From: Octopus vulgaris
Taxonomy: Eukaryota
DNA: 64,000 nt
Direction: 5' to 3'
NCBI GenBank assembly: GCA_951406725.2
Contig: OX597814.1
Location: forward strand, 103,602,001 to 103,666,000
Under the pieces are notes generated by a model. The model was not told the DNA's origin. It did no database searches and saw only the letters and a program-made list of their open reading frames with translations. Below are positions 1-11,300 of this stretch, piece by piece. The translations under genes and the position numbers were made by a program. The stretch's first letter is position 1, and each line of letters starts with the position of its first letter.

Positions 1-1746
1 GGTGAGCTCTGATAAATTCAGATCTGTAGAAGGCTTTCCATATGATCTGCCATCAATACTTGACGGCTGAAATGAAGGCAGCTGGTTTTGGACTCGTGTT
101 TGGAGGCAGGATCGCTACCATGTAGAGCGAATGGCCAGCAGTTGGAACCGTTCAGTACTATGCGTTCGGTATGTACCCATTCAGTAAGTACTGACCCTAA
201 GGTCACTACAGTAGCAGTTGGAGAACAAGGGTGCGGAAGATTCGTGTTTGCATATGCGGACGACATCACCGTTACAGTGTCGGACACGAACGCATCGAGG
301 TGATCGATGAGGAACTACGAGGAACTGCGAGAATAGGATCGGAGCGAAAATTAACTCAAAGCAGTCAATGAACCTGCAGTTGGGCAGTTGGAAAGGCAAG
401 TCCATGCCATCTAAAAGCGTCGTAGGGTGACGAAGTGATTAAATTGCGCGGGATTTGGTTTGCTTCGCACTTCCAGGTGGACAAAAACTTGGATAAGGTG
501 ACGAGCAGATTGGTTTGTTTCACTCAAAACTAGACTGAAATTGAACTACTTATGAAGGGCCGAGCGGAGGTGATGAACACCTACTCCGCATTCAGCTTCT
601 ATTACTGCCTTGTCGCGCTTCATGGTTGATCAGAATGGAAAGCTTGCTCTTTCGCTTTTTGTGGATAGGATGCATTCTGCTGGTCGGACGGTCCATTTGT
701 TGCTCACATCCACTGCCTGGTCGATTGGGCATGCCGTGGATGGTGATCTACCGACACGTGTCGAGGCTACTGCATTTTCTACATTTCCTTGATGGTGATC
801 AGGTGTTGTTGCTGCTTGTTGGAAGCATTTTTCCACAGCTCGTCTTTTTGTCAGTGATGCAGTTCTGGATCAAACGTAGACCGAGGCAGGGCACTTGCAC
901 CTTGAGAGCCGTTAGGCACTCAAAGCCCTATATCAATCGGGCGATGTTTCACCAGGACGTTCTGTAGAAGGTTATTGGTGGCTAAGAGCGACGACGTTCT
1001 AGGAGAAACTTTGGATACTCTCTTTTTACTCTTTTACTTATTTCAGTCATTTTGACTGTGGCCATGCTGGAGCACCGCCTTTAGTCGAGCAAATCGACCC
1101 CAGGACTTATTCTTTGTAAGCCTAGTACTTATTCTATCGGTCTCTTTTGCCAAACCACTAAGTTACGGGGACGTAAACACACCAGCATCGGTTGTTAAGC
1201 GATGTTGGAGGGGGGGGACAAATACAAGCACACACATACACACACACACACACACATATATATACACATATACGACGGGATTCTTTCTGTTTCCGTCTAC
1301 CAAATCCACTCAAGGTTTTGGTTGGCCCGAGGCTAAAGTAGAAGACACTTGCCCAAGGTGCCACGCAGTGGGACTGAACCCGGAACCATGTGGTTGGTGA
1401 GCAAGCTACTTACCACACAGCCACTCCTACGCCTATGATAATCGTTGATGATAATCAACTGGCTGGTCTTTTCTGGAGGATTTTCGGGCCGGGGCCCCAT
1501 GAATAATTTTCAGAAAATCTCTAACCATGCAGTACTACCGGAATGTGGGAATGGAGCCGTATTGCCGGTTCGGGATAAGCTCAACAGGCATGATAGTGCT
1601 GCCAGCCAAGCCTGCACGAGATGCGCGTAATGCAATAAATCTGCTCTGCACGCACACGTACATTGCTCGGGAATGATTGAGTTATGGAATTATGTCGAAC
1701 AGTCGCCATTACGTGTAGGATGGATCTGGCTATCGGCCAATTCCAT
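1..1746 (+). mobile_element. Old degenerate Tx1/L1-clade LINE, RT to zf-RVT region (left part; continues at 7562)
   Basis: AYADDITV at ~250-273; downstream sequence is collinear with the ORF2 at 5800-6860; many stops and frameshifts; interrupted by a SINE and a solo LTR. Confidence 0.85.
1021..1434 (-). mobile_element. tRNA-derived SINE, family A (CORE-like centre, internal (TG)n/(TA)n)
   Basis: Minus strand shows A-box TGGCTGTGTGG, B-box GGTTCAGTCCC, GGCACCTTGGGCAAGTG core and an A-rich tail; homologous copies recur across the window. Confidence 0.85.
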
Positions 1747-1914
1747 TGTAGCGATATTGATATCCTCACTGTTTGAGGGACACAATAAGAATGATCTCGT
1801 TTGAGATTACAACCACCTTTGGCTAGTTTGACCCTGTTGTGTCCACTGATCTGATTGGTTGGCATCTAGCACGGTCTGTCTCTCTACCTATTTCGCACCA
1901 GAGTGTGAAACCAA

Positions 1915-1983
1915 CCAATCACGGCCTTCGGGTAAAGCCTGCTTCTTGATGCCTTTCTTTGAGCCTACCACGGGCTATAAATA
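1915..1983 (+). promoter_or_regulatory. LTR promoter: CCAAT box and TATA box
   Basis: CCAAT at 1915-1919 (reverse ATTGG near 1854); TATAAATA at 1976-1983. Confidence 0.6.
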
Positions 1984-2256
1984 GGCTTGCATTTTCACTA
2001 TTCTTCGTCTTTCGACTTTAGCCCTCACACACGTCTACGGAGTGCTGCTTCTTGTTTAACCGTAAGGTTTGTTATTATTATTACTGTTGTTATCACGTTT
2101 GTTGGTTTCCCGTAAGGGAAGCATTGTTGTATTGCATTTGGTTAAATATTGTAAATCGTAACCCTTCCCCTTTGGGGGAAGGAACTTTTTTGTGTAAAAA
2201 TTGAACTGTGTCTCTGTTTGGGAAATTGCTGTTTTTACGGAAAAAATTGTGTTAAA

Positions 2257-3650
2257 ATGTCTTCAATGGAAGGAAATCAAAAAATGAATTTCGCTGCAGT
2301 CGTTGGCGGTCGCGAAAAAATAAGCATGAAAATAGAAGAAATCCAAATATTCTTCGGAATGATAAGCGAAAGTAATGGCGTATCAAAAATAACACCACCC
2401 AACGAACTCAAAAACAAAATCAAAGAGAGAACCATAATATATAAAAGTTATAACGCGGAAAGTAAAATATTTGAACACCTGAAAGAGAGCACTATAGAGA
2501 GATGTTTTGGTGCGACATTAAAAGAAATAAAATATCTAACAAGAGGTAATAAATTCGCCACAATAGAAGCAAGGTTCGAGTCAACGGAACGTGCAAGGGA
2601 ATATTCGACTCGAACCTTGCAAAGTGGCAAAATTTTGTTGTTGCCCCTATATCTGGGGCGAAGGATGTCCCGAATTAAAATTTAAAATATCCCTCCTGAG
2701 ATGGAGGTTGGGTGGATTTTGGCCACGCTGTTGTATAAGAGAGAAGATGAAATTAAAATAATTGAAATAACAAGAGACGGATCACAAAATTGACGGGGCC
2801 AGATCCTTGAGATCCTGGCTCAAGCTACCACAAATAACCTTGAATAACTATCTGAGGTAATTGTCATGGATGAAATGAAAATATACCCATCAATGTAGAG
2901 GGCAGGAAGCCAGGTTGTTTTAAATGTGGAAAAAAAGGGCACATAAAAGAAAAGTGTCCAGAAAACAAAAAAGAAATGAACCAGCCCACCAATACCATCT
3001 TCAAGGAAGCCGACCCCCATGAGGGGAATTTTATAACTAAAACAGGCAAAAATCCTCTCGGAAAAGAGGTGTTACTCGTGGACAAGGAGGAGGCAAAACA
3101 AAAAACAACCTCAGCTAAAACCAAAGAGGGCTCACTCCCGGCCACGGAGGCCGTTACTAGGAGGGCACCTACCCAAGAGAAGGCACTCCCGGCCAAAGAG
3201 GCCATCAACGAGGGAGCGACCACCTCTCACCAGCCAACACACGAACATATTACGGACAGTGAAGAAGAAACAAGTATGCAGGACACAAACGAAGGGTTTC
3301 ATACAGTCTCTAGGAAAAGAACCAAGAATACAGATTCTCCAACAAAGACACAGGCCCCGAAAACAAAGGTACCAAAACCGGAAAAAAAAAAGAAAAAAGG
3401 ATAATCATTCATAGATATACCTATAGATATCAACCAGAACAAAGTCTCGGTGACAGTGGCATACAAAACTAAAAACATCTATCTAGATGGGGTCATTAGA
3501 CCCCATCGAGATACATCGATATACATTAACAACTATAAAAACAGCCCCATGACCATAGCAAAGATTCCTAAAACTTTATTTTTTGACTTAACAAACTACA
3601 TCCTAACGATATCGGGGCACTAAAAGATTTTTAAAAAGTGTTTGACCCGC
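2257..3650 (+). pseudogene. LINE ORF1 (gag-like, CCHC zinc knuckle), disrupted; 3' end approximate
   Basis: CFKCGKKGHIKEKC (CX2CX4HX4C) at 2916-2957; in-frame stops and a frameshift near 2893. Confidence 0.85.
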
Positions 3651-3783
3651 CGGATGAACCCGCCCTGGAAGAAAAGGACGAAAGCCGGGAAATGGTCTCA
3701 AATGTTTTGAGAACCATTCCCCTTGAAAGATAAAACAATACAAAGGAATGGTAAGTGTCTTTCCTTTTCCCGCATGACGTAGG

Positions 3784-6700
3784 ATGACCGTGTTAAGGAT
3801 CGCATGTTTGAATGTTCGTGGCCTGGGCTCAAAGAGGAAGCAGGCTTGCCTCCTCGACGACCTCAGGTCACACAGAATAGATGTGATGGTTGCTACAGAG
3901 ACCAGGTTGGGCAAGCTGCAGGCCTTCTCGACCCTCCTGAACGACAACGAGAAAATAATTTCTCCTAGCCAGGAGGGAGGGAGTAGAGGGGTGGCAGTTT
4001 TGATCCGGAAAAGCCTGGCTCTGCAGACACGTACAATCTTCGTGAACCCGGAAGGCGAGTCGGTCGTTCTGGATCTAACGTACAGTGGTAAGGCCTTCAG
4101 GTTGGTTGGCATCTACGCGCCTGGGAATGCAGGCAAACGGGTTGACTTCTTTCGACGCCTGGAGAACTTTCTGGTGACATCGAGGACAGTAGTTGTGTTA
4201 GGCAACTTTAACGCTATACTGGAGGCACGATTGGATAGCGTTGGTTCGAAAGATAGAAAGGGTAACTCATGCCTCATCGATCTGATGAAGCGATTCAGGC
4301 TGGCGGATCGATATAGACTTGATCATCCGAGCGTTCCAATGGGGACATGAGCAAAAAACGACGGATCGATAGTGGTAAGTATTAGAGATAAGTCTAGTTT
4401 TACTTGTCCACAATTTACCTATGTACCCTACACGGATCACAAATTAGTGACGTGTGGGGTGCATATAGATAAGGTACATAGACAGGGATCTGGCCATTGG
4501 AAGCTAAACAAGGCACTATTGGATTGTGAGGCATACTGTAGCCAGATTAAGGTATTAGTTAAGAGGGCGCTAACCGGCGCTGTGATTAACAACCGGTGGC
4601 GGAGTGCCCTCAAAAGAGCCTTTCGGATTGAGTCAATTAGATTTAGCAAGCAGTTAAGTCTAGAGCAGACTAGAGTAGAAAGGGATCTAGTTAAGACATT
4701 AGAAGAGGCACTGAGATCGGGCCCTGTATCACAAGTGTTGGCGGCGCGAGCGGCTTTGGACCAACATCTCAATGCCAAGCACGAGGGATGCAGAGTCCGG
4801 GCTAGGATACGTGCCATGGGCCGTGAAGGTATGAATGTTACCAGATGGGCTCGCTCGGAAGAAACCCGACGTGGCATCGACGCTACGATTGGGTCTTTGG
4901 CAGATGAGTCCGGACAGGAGATCCAAGGACAAGAGGAGATATGCAAGGCCTTTCACAAGCACTTTGCCGCGTTGTTCGGGAGGAGCAGGACGTTGGACCA
5001 TGGAGATGCCTTACGGCGTTTTCTGACTGGCGTCCCGCGTCTTTCGGCCCGTGATGCTGAGCATTGCGAAGGACCAATCACGACTGAGGAGGTCAGAGAG
5101 GTACTGACCGAGTGCCCCAGGGACAAGTCGCCGGGTCTGGATGGTCCTCCTTACGAATTTTATAGTAGCATGCCAGACTTGTTCGAGAACGTACTGGCCA
5201 GAGTGTACACGAATTGGCAGCAGAATGGGAGGATTACCAAAGCTGTAAGCCGAGGAGTGGTGACACTGATCAGGAATGACCCGAGCAAGGGGGATGACGT
5301 CAATAATTTTAGGCCCATAACTCTGTTAAACACAGAGTTAAAGATTCTGGCTAAAGAGTTAGGGTTGTCGTGGGCGACCTGGTAGGAGAAGCACAGACAT
5401 GTGCAGTCCCTGGAAGGACGATAGAAGACAACCTTCACCTCATTCGCTACACCATAGAGCGGGTGGGTAAAATGCATGGCAATGGTGGGGCACTGGTGAA
5501 TTTGGACCAGTCTAAGGCGTCTGATAGGGTTGACTACAAATATCTGGCGGCAGTCCTCCGGGTGGCCGGATTTGGCCCGACCTTCCGACGCTGGATTAAA
5601 GCCATATATGGTAATATCGAATCTGTAGTCCGGGTGAATCGGTTCTTCTCGAGCCCCTTCGCGATCGAGCGTTCGGTTCGCCAGGGCTGTCCCCTGTCTC
5701 CACTACTGTATGTATTGGCGCTTGAGCCACTGCTGCGGAAGCTGAGGGACACGGGGAAGACCCGCGTGATCTGGGTTATAGAAGAAATGTGTCGGCATAT
5801 GCGGATGACGTCACCATCACCGTAACTGATGAAGGGCATCAAAGGATACGAGACGGTGGCAGGAGCCAAAATTAACCAGGAAAAATCAGTCGGCTTGCAA
5901 CTCGGCACCTGGCAGGGCAAGGCGATGCCTCCCAACAGTGTTGTTGGGCGCTGGACGGAGGGCCCGGTTAAAATGCTCGGGGTCTGGTTCGGACCGGATC
6001 TCCAGGTGGAGAAAAACTGGAGTGAGGTGACGAGCAAGGTGACATCTATAGCCCAGAAGTGGTCTGGGAGGAAGTTATCCTTGTTGGGAAGGGCGGAGGT
6101 TGCGCAGGTGTTCATGGCATCTGTGATAACCTACCGCCTAACTGTCGTGCCTTGCCCCGGTTTGTGGCTGACCATGTTGGAGAGGATCCTTTTCCACTTT
6201 TTGTGGGGAAGTAGAACTCCACTTGTGAGGCGCTCCATCTGTTGCCAGAAACCGTTAAAGGGTGGGCTGGGGATGCCCTGGCGAATGATGCGCAAGTATG
6301 CACTGAGGCTGAGATATCCCCGGTGCCACCTTGATGGTGAGCAGGTGTGGTCATCGCATGCCGAGCTGGTATTCCCAAAGGTAAAGTCACTTGTGGACTT
6401 AGGTGCATGGATCACGCGGAGACCCAAGCTGGGGAAATGGCGGGAGGAGTGCAAACAAGCACTTTCCCTCTTCTCTCGAGTGAGCAATGCTGACAGCAGG
6501 GTTACCACAGCGGGTTTTTATAGCGGTTTTGTAGAGCTTAAGTCCGACAACGACCTGGGGGAGACTCTAGGCTTCGATAAGGGGCAGCTAGCTAGCCTGT
6601 TCGGGAGGACTTTTGGGTCGAGATTTCTGGATAACTACCAGAAATCTTTGACCTGGCTGTGCTACCGATCGGCTTTACCGGTTCGAGAAAGGTTGTCAAG

Positions 6701-7163
6701 GCATGGTATTGACACCTCCCCCACGTGTCCAAGGTGCGGGCGTGCTAGTGAAACGGTTACGCACGCCTTCGTACACTGTGAGGAGTTGAGGGAGTTGATG
6801 GCCTTTGCCGAACAGCTGATGTCGGATGCAGAATCAGTACGGCTCTCGTCCGAGTCCATGATAAAGATTGTACCACCTTCCTCTTTCACCAAAGAAAAGA
6901 AGGTAGCTTTTCTCTGCATAGTAACCATATTGAAAGATGTGGTATGGAAGACATGAGCGGAAGGAATCACAACAGGTCAATTCATCTCCGGACGTGGGCT
7001 GGTGAATTACTTCATCGCCCATCTTTCCAGCAAGATCCGTCTGGAGAGGAGGAGCCTGCCGCAAAGAGTTTTCGGTGAAAGATGGATGGAAGTTGTAAGG
7101 AAGTTGAGTATGCAAGGTGCTGTGCTTGCACGGTCGGTCCACGTGCAAGGGAATGGAAAGTAA
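3784..7163 (+). pseudogene. LINE ORF2 (APE endonuclease, reverse transcriptase, zf-RVT), disrupted
   Basis: LNVRGL, GNFNA, YTDH (APE); KSPGLDG, FRPITLLN, VRQGCPLSP, YADD at 5798-5809 (RT); CPRC...ETVTHAFVHC; stops at 4348 and 6954 plus frameshifts. Confidence 0.93.
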
Positions 7164-7561
7164 GCGCTTAAAAGGAAACCAACCGGCGGGTTAGTCTACT
7201 GACCCGGATAGAATAATATAAATCATATATATTTAATTTAATCACTCGTTTTCATATCATTTTATTCTCATGTATAAACCCATCCGTTTTTAATTTGTGT
7301 AATGGGCGCGGTTGACCCTTATATATTCCTTGTCTGTCCTTGTTTGTCCCCTCTATGTAAACCTTTATAGGAAAAATAAAGAAATCCTTTCGACTCCAGA
7401 CCTTTTAAGGTCTAGTCATTGACCACAGAGCTACTCAGCGATGTTCCAGTTCCAGCGACAGACGACCAGCCTGCCAGCCATGCTCCTGCTTCAGCTACTA
7501 CGACGCTAATGTACACCCGTAACACCAACTCCTTACGTACGGTCGTATAACGCTACACCAT

Positions 7562-7980
7562 CGTGAAGATCACCTGTCGCCTTTCTTCGGTTGGGAAATG
7601 CTGGCGTTTTTTTCTCTATTTGCTGGAGAAAGAGATTGTGTAGGGACTGAAAGGACAGAAGACGAGTGCTCTCCTTTTCGGCATCATCGACTTTTTAGAA
7701 ATAATTCCGTTTTGAAAAGAGAGATGAAGGTTTGAAAGGGATATGTTGACCCCCCACCCGCCACCAGTAAATTTGTTAAAAGGTAGATGAATATGGCGTT
7801 AGTAGGCTCATTCTAAGCTGGCGTCACTTGGTGAGGAGAGAGGGACTTCCCAAATCATCATGGTACCTCAGATGATTTGGGAAACTAAGGATCTGTAGAT
7901 TTCTTTGGTTACCCTAGGGTTTTTTATAATGTTTTATATATGTAAATCGCCACTGTCCTTTGTCTTTAAATTGTCCTAAC
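7562..7980 (+). mobile_element. Old Tx1/L1 LINE, 3' remainder
   Basis: Continues the frame broken at 1746; collinear with 6860-7350; degenerate CTGTCCTTTGTC tail near 7953. Confidence 0.7.
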
Positions 7981-8251
7981 AGTTTTTTTGTCAATAATGC
8001 TATTATATTAGAAATATTTATGTCGTTATTTTCAGGACCATTACCGAATAGAAATATGTTTAAAAATTGTGAATATCACAAGAGAGAGAGAGGGTGGGGA
8101 GCGCGCAATCATCGCCTTATGGAGGAATGTATTTGAAATGATAACTTTTTTGCTTGTTCACCGTTATTATGCGGAATATATTTATAAGTCTAATTTTTTT
8201 GCCTACTCACCGTTATTATGGCCACTGATTAAGGAGGAGAGCGAAGAAGCC

Positions 8252-8386
8252 ATGGGAGCTGGCAACACGAAGGCGGATGATTCGGTCAGTGCGAAATACT
8301 TTGACGAGAGCGAAAGGGTTAAAATCACCGAACTTTTTCTGAAGATATCAAAAGACAATGAGACATTTACCAGGGAGCAATACAAG
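8252..8386 (+). CDS. MEAK7: MEAK7 coding exon 1
   Basis: Kozak GCCATGG; MGAGNTKADD...TREQYK; donor GTAATA at 8387. Confidence 0.88.
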
Positions 8387-11300
8387 GTAATATTATTCGA
8401 ATAATCATCACACGGCTGTCTTCATCCTCATCATATGGCAGGTGCTTCGAAGTTCACAACATTAATTGTCATCATAAAACATTTATAGGAAATTTAGCCT
8501 GAAACAACCGTGGAAAAATACTCTTCTTGATTTTATTCGTTGTTTCCACCTCTACGTATTTATCGAAAGGAGGCGGTTTTTTAATGTTATTTCTTCAAAA
8601 TGTCTTTTTAAAAAAAATAATAGGATGCGCAAAAAAAAAAAAAAAGCAACAGCTTGAAGCAATTCTACTTTAATTCGCATTGTTAATTCGTTTCCTGGTT
8701 AATGTTAATTATTAGTTTTATTTTAAAGCCACGACAAAATGCATGTCCTCTAAAATAAAAACTGACAATGTTAAATTAAGCAGTAACATGTTTGTAAACA
8801 AATTGAAATCGAAAAATAACAAACGAAGCAACAGACTGCAACCCAAAGCATGCATTTCTTGCTTATCTGGCATATGTGTGTGTGTATATATATATAAAAT
8901 GATAAAGTCATACCGTTTTCTCTAATATTCATGCTATGAGATTGTGGACCGATGACGATCGTGTTGTAGCAAATTGTCCCACTTTCCCCCTACAGTTCTC
9001 TGTTTATTTCAACGACGGCCCCACCCTCACCGAATAATAAAATGAACGTTTTCTATTCAAATCTCCCCCCACCTCTCCCGTTTCCTTTATCATTCTGTGC
9101 TCTACTCCTTATTTTACCGAACCTAGTTTTTAACACGAGTTCAATACCTAAGTAGGACATCTGATAATCATCCTCAGAAGTCGATATTAATAGTTTTCTT
9201 TTTTTATTTGTTTCAGTCATTAGATTGCGGCCATGCTGGGGCACTGCCTTCAAAGATTTTTAGCCGAATAAATTGACTCCAGTACTAACTTTTTTTGAAA
9301 TCTGGTATTTATTGTATCGGTCTCTTGCCGAACCGCTAAGTTACGGGGACGTAAACATACCAACACCGGCTGTCAAGCGTTTGTAGGGGACAAACACACA
9401 CACATATAGGCATATTAAAGATATTAAGAAAAACCCAGAAAAAACAACAAGTCAATTGGTCGTAAAAATGAATATTGACGCTCCATGGAAGTTTTAGCTG
9501 GAAAATAGGAGGGACGTTTTGACGGGCTTCTTTCAGTTTCCATTTACCAAATCCATTCACAAGGTTACAGGGTTTTGGTCAGCCCGAGGCTATTGTAGAA
9601 GACACTTGCCCAAGGTGCCACGCAATGGGATTGAACCCAGAACCATGTGGCTGGAGAGCAAACTTCTTACCACACGACCACGCCTGCGTCTAATGTTGTT
9701 AGTTATCAAGTCCCACTTATTTTGTTGCATGTTCGAATTCTATCATATTGCCTTAATTATAAACGATCAGCTTTTGGAGGAAGCCAAAATAATTAAGTCA
9801 CAATTAAATATTAGTGATTCTAAATCTCACGAAAGCCATTATTTCTAAATCCCTTAATGAGTTGCTCATTATATTTCATTCCAAGTCATGTTTTTTCTTA
9901 TATTAAAAAACAAACTAAAATGTGTTATCTTTTCATTAGAAGAATTTTATATTTTTCTTAACACCTTCCCCCCCGCCAAAATTTTATCTTCTAGCAACAT
10001 ACTTTACCAAAACCGTTTCAATGTTTGTTATGCAGAGATAGGATGGGTGGGGTGGAAATCTGCATTTAAAGAACATTCTTTTGCGTGAACAGCCCTGAAA
10101 ACATTTAGATGACTACCTGAAAGCGTTTCTTAGCAACTGAATGCCAACTCTTGTATTCTTTATCTTTAATCACAGATCGTTGGTCTATTTACTGCCAAGA
10201 TTATAAAGGCCTCACTCAACATATTCATAATTAAAATACTAACTCAATTAGTCACAGTCACCCGAAATGAAAATAATTACTTGAACCAGTCTCTGAAAAT
10301 ATTATCATCATTATTTTACATCTGTTTCCCATGATGGCATGGGTGAGATGGTGATCCAAAAGGACTGTGTGAAGCTCCAGTGTCTGCTTTGGTATGGTTG
10401 GATGCCCTTCCTAATGCCAACCACTTTACAGAGTGGACTGGGTGCTTTTTACCTGGTCCCTAACACTACTGAGGTCACCAAGTAACTCACAAGACCCCTC
10501 AACAGGGAATTAGTATTGACAGTAAGCATGTCTAGGGGCCCAGTTGACTTACTTTCAATAAATACTTCAGGACCTAGTGCATCGATTTGTCGGTAGGCCT
10601 ATAATGCTGCAAAGGCATCTTGAGTATTGAGGAAGGTGGCTTTGTGCCAGGTGATGAGGTGTTAATGATGGGGGACAGGAACAGTGCCTTGCTGTAGGGG
10701 GGAAGATACAGGGTTACCCTGAGTTGGAGAAGGAGGATGGTGGTGAAGATGTATCAAGGTGTACCCTTAAGTAAGTTTATTTCCTGTACATTCTTAGTCT
10801 TTTATTGTACCCATACATCTACTACACGCAAACACTACTTGCTCTGTCAGCCTTCTTGGGATACCTCTTATGTGTCCATTGCTTGCACCAAGTACACAAT
10901 ATGGAATTTCTACCTACACCTTTTGCCAGCCTCCTCTGGCCCCTGTGCCATACCATAGACACCAAAAACATGAAATTTGTGGGGAGGGGTTAGTTATTTG
11001 CATTCACCCCAGTACTTGACTGGGGATGAACCCTGAAAGTATGAAAGGCAATCTCAGCTGTTAGTGACAATAGTTTTACTAAAATTGTTGTAAATGATGA
11101 GATATTTGATGTCTGCTGTAACTAAATCAAAGCAGAACTCCATATTTCCTTATCTTTGTGTGACACTTGTTACCTTTCTGAACTTCCTGGAACCATTTCA
11201 CTTGTCATCTGTCCTTAATTATTAATATTCCTCTTCATATCCTTTTGTGCTACCAAAATATCTCTCCTCAGCCATCACACACCTTTCACTATCATGTAAC

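Larger units (their letters stand above)
2018..7386 (+). mobile_element. Full-length (5.4 kb) Tx1/L1-clade LINE, inactivated
   Basis: 9-bp TSD CTTTCGACT at 2009-2017 and 7387-7395; 5'UTR, ORF1, ORF2 and a 3'UTR ending AATAAAGAAAT. Confidence 0.93.
1747..7557 (+). mobile_element. Solo LTR (~433 bp: 1747-2017 plus 7396-7557) split by a full-length LINE
   Basis: Inverted termini TGTAGCG...CGCTACA; 4-bp TSD CCAT at 1743-1746 and 7558-7561; internal CCAAT and TATA boxes; removing it rejoins the old LINE frame (S-I-V-K-I). Confidence 0.85.

Noticed and set aside
8069-8251. In-frame N-terminal extension of MEAK7
   Set aside because: It starts at GTG and includes an upstream in-frame ATG (~8138), but the ATG at 8252 has a strong Kozak context and gives the family-typical MG terminus; not excluded without transcripts
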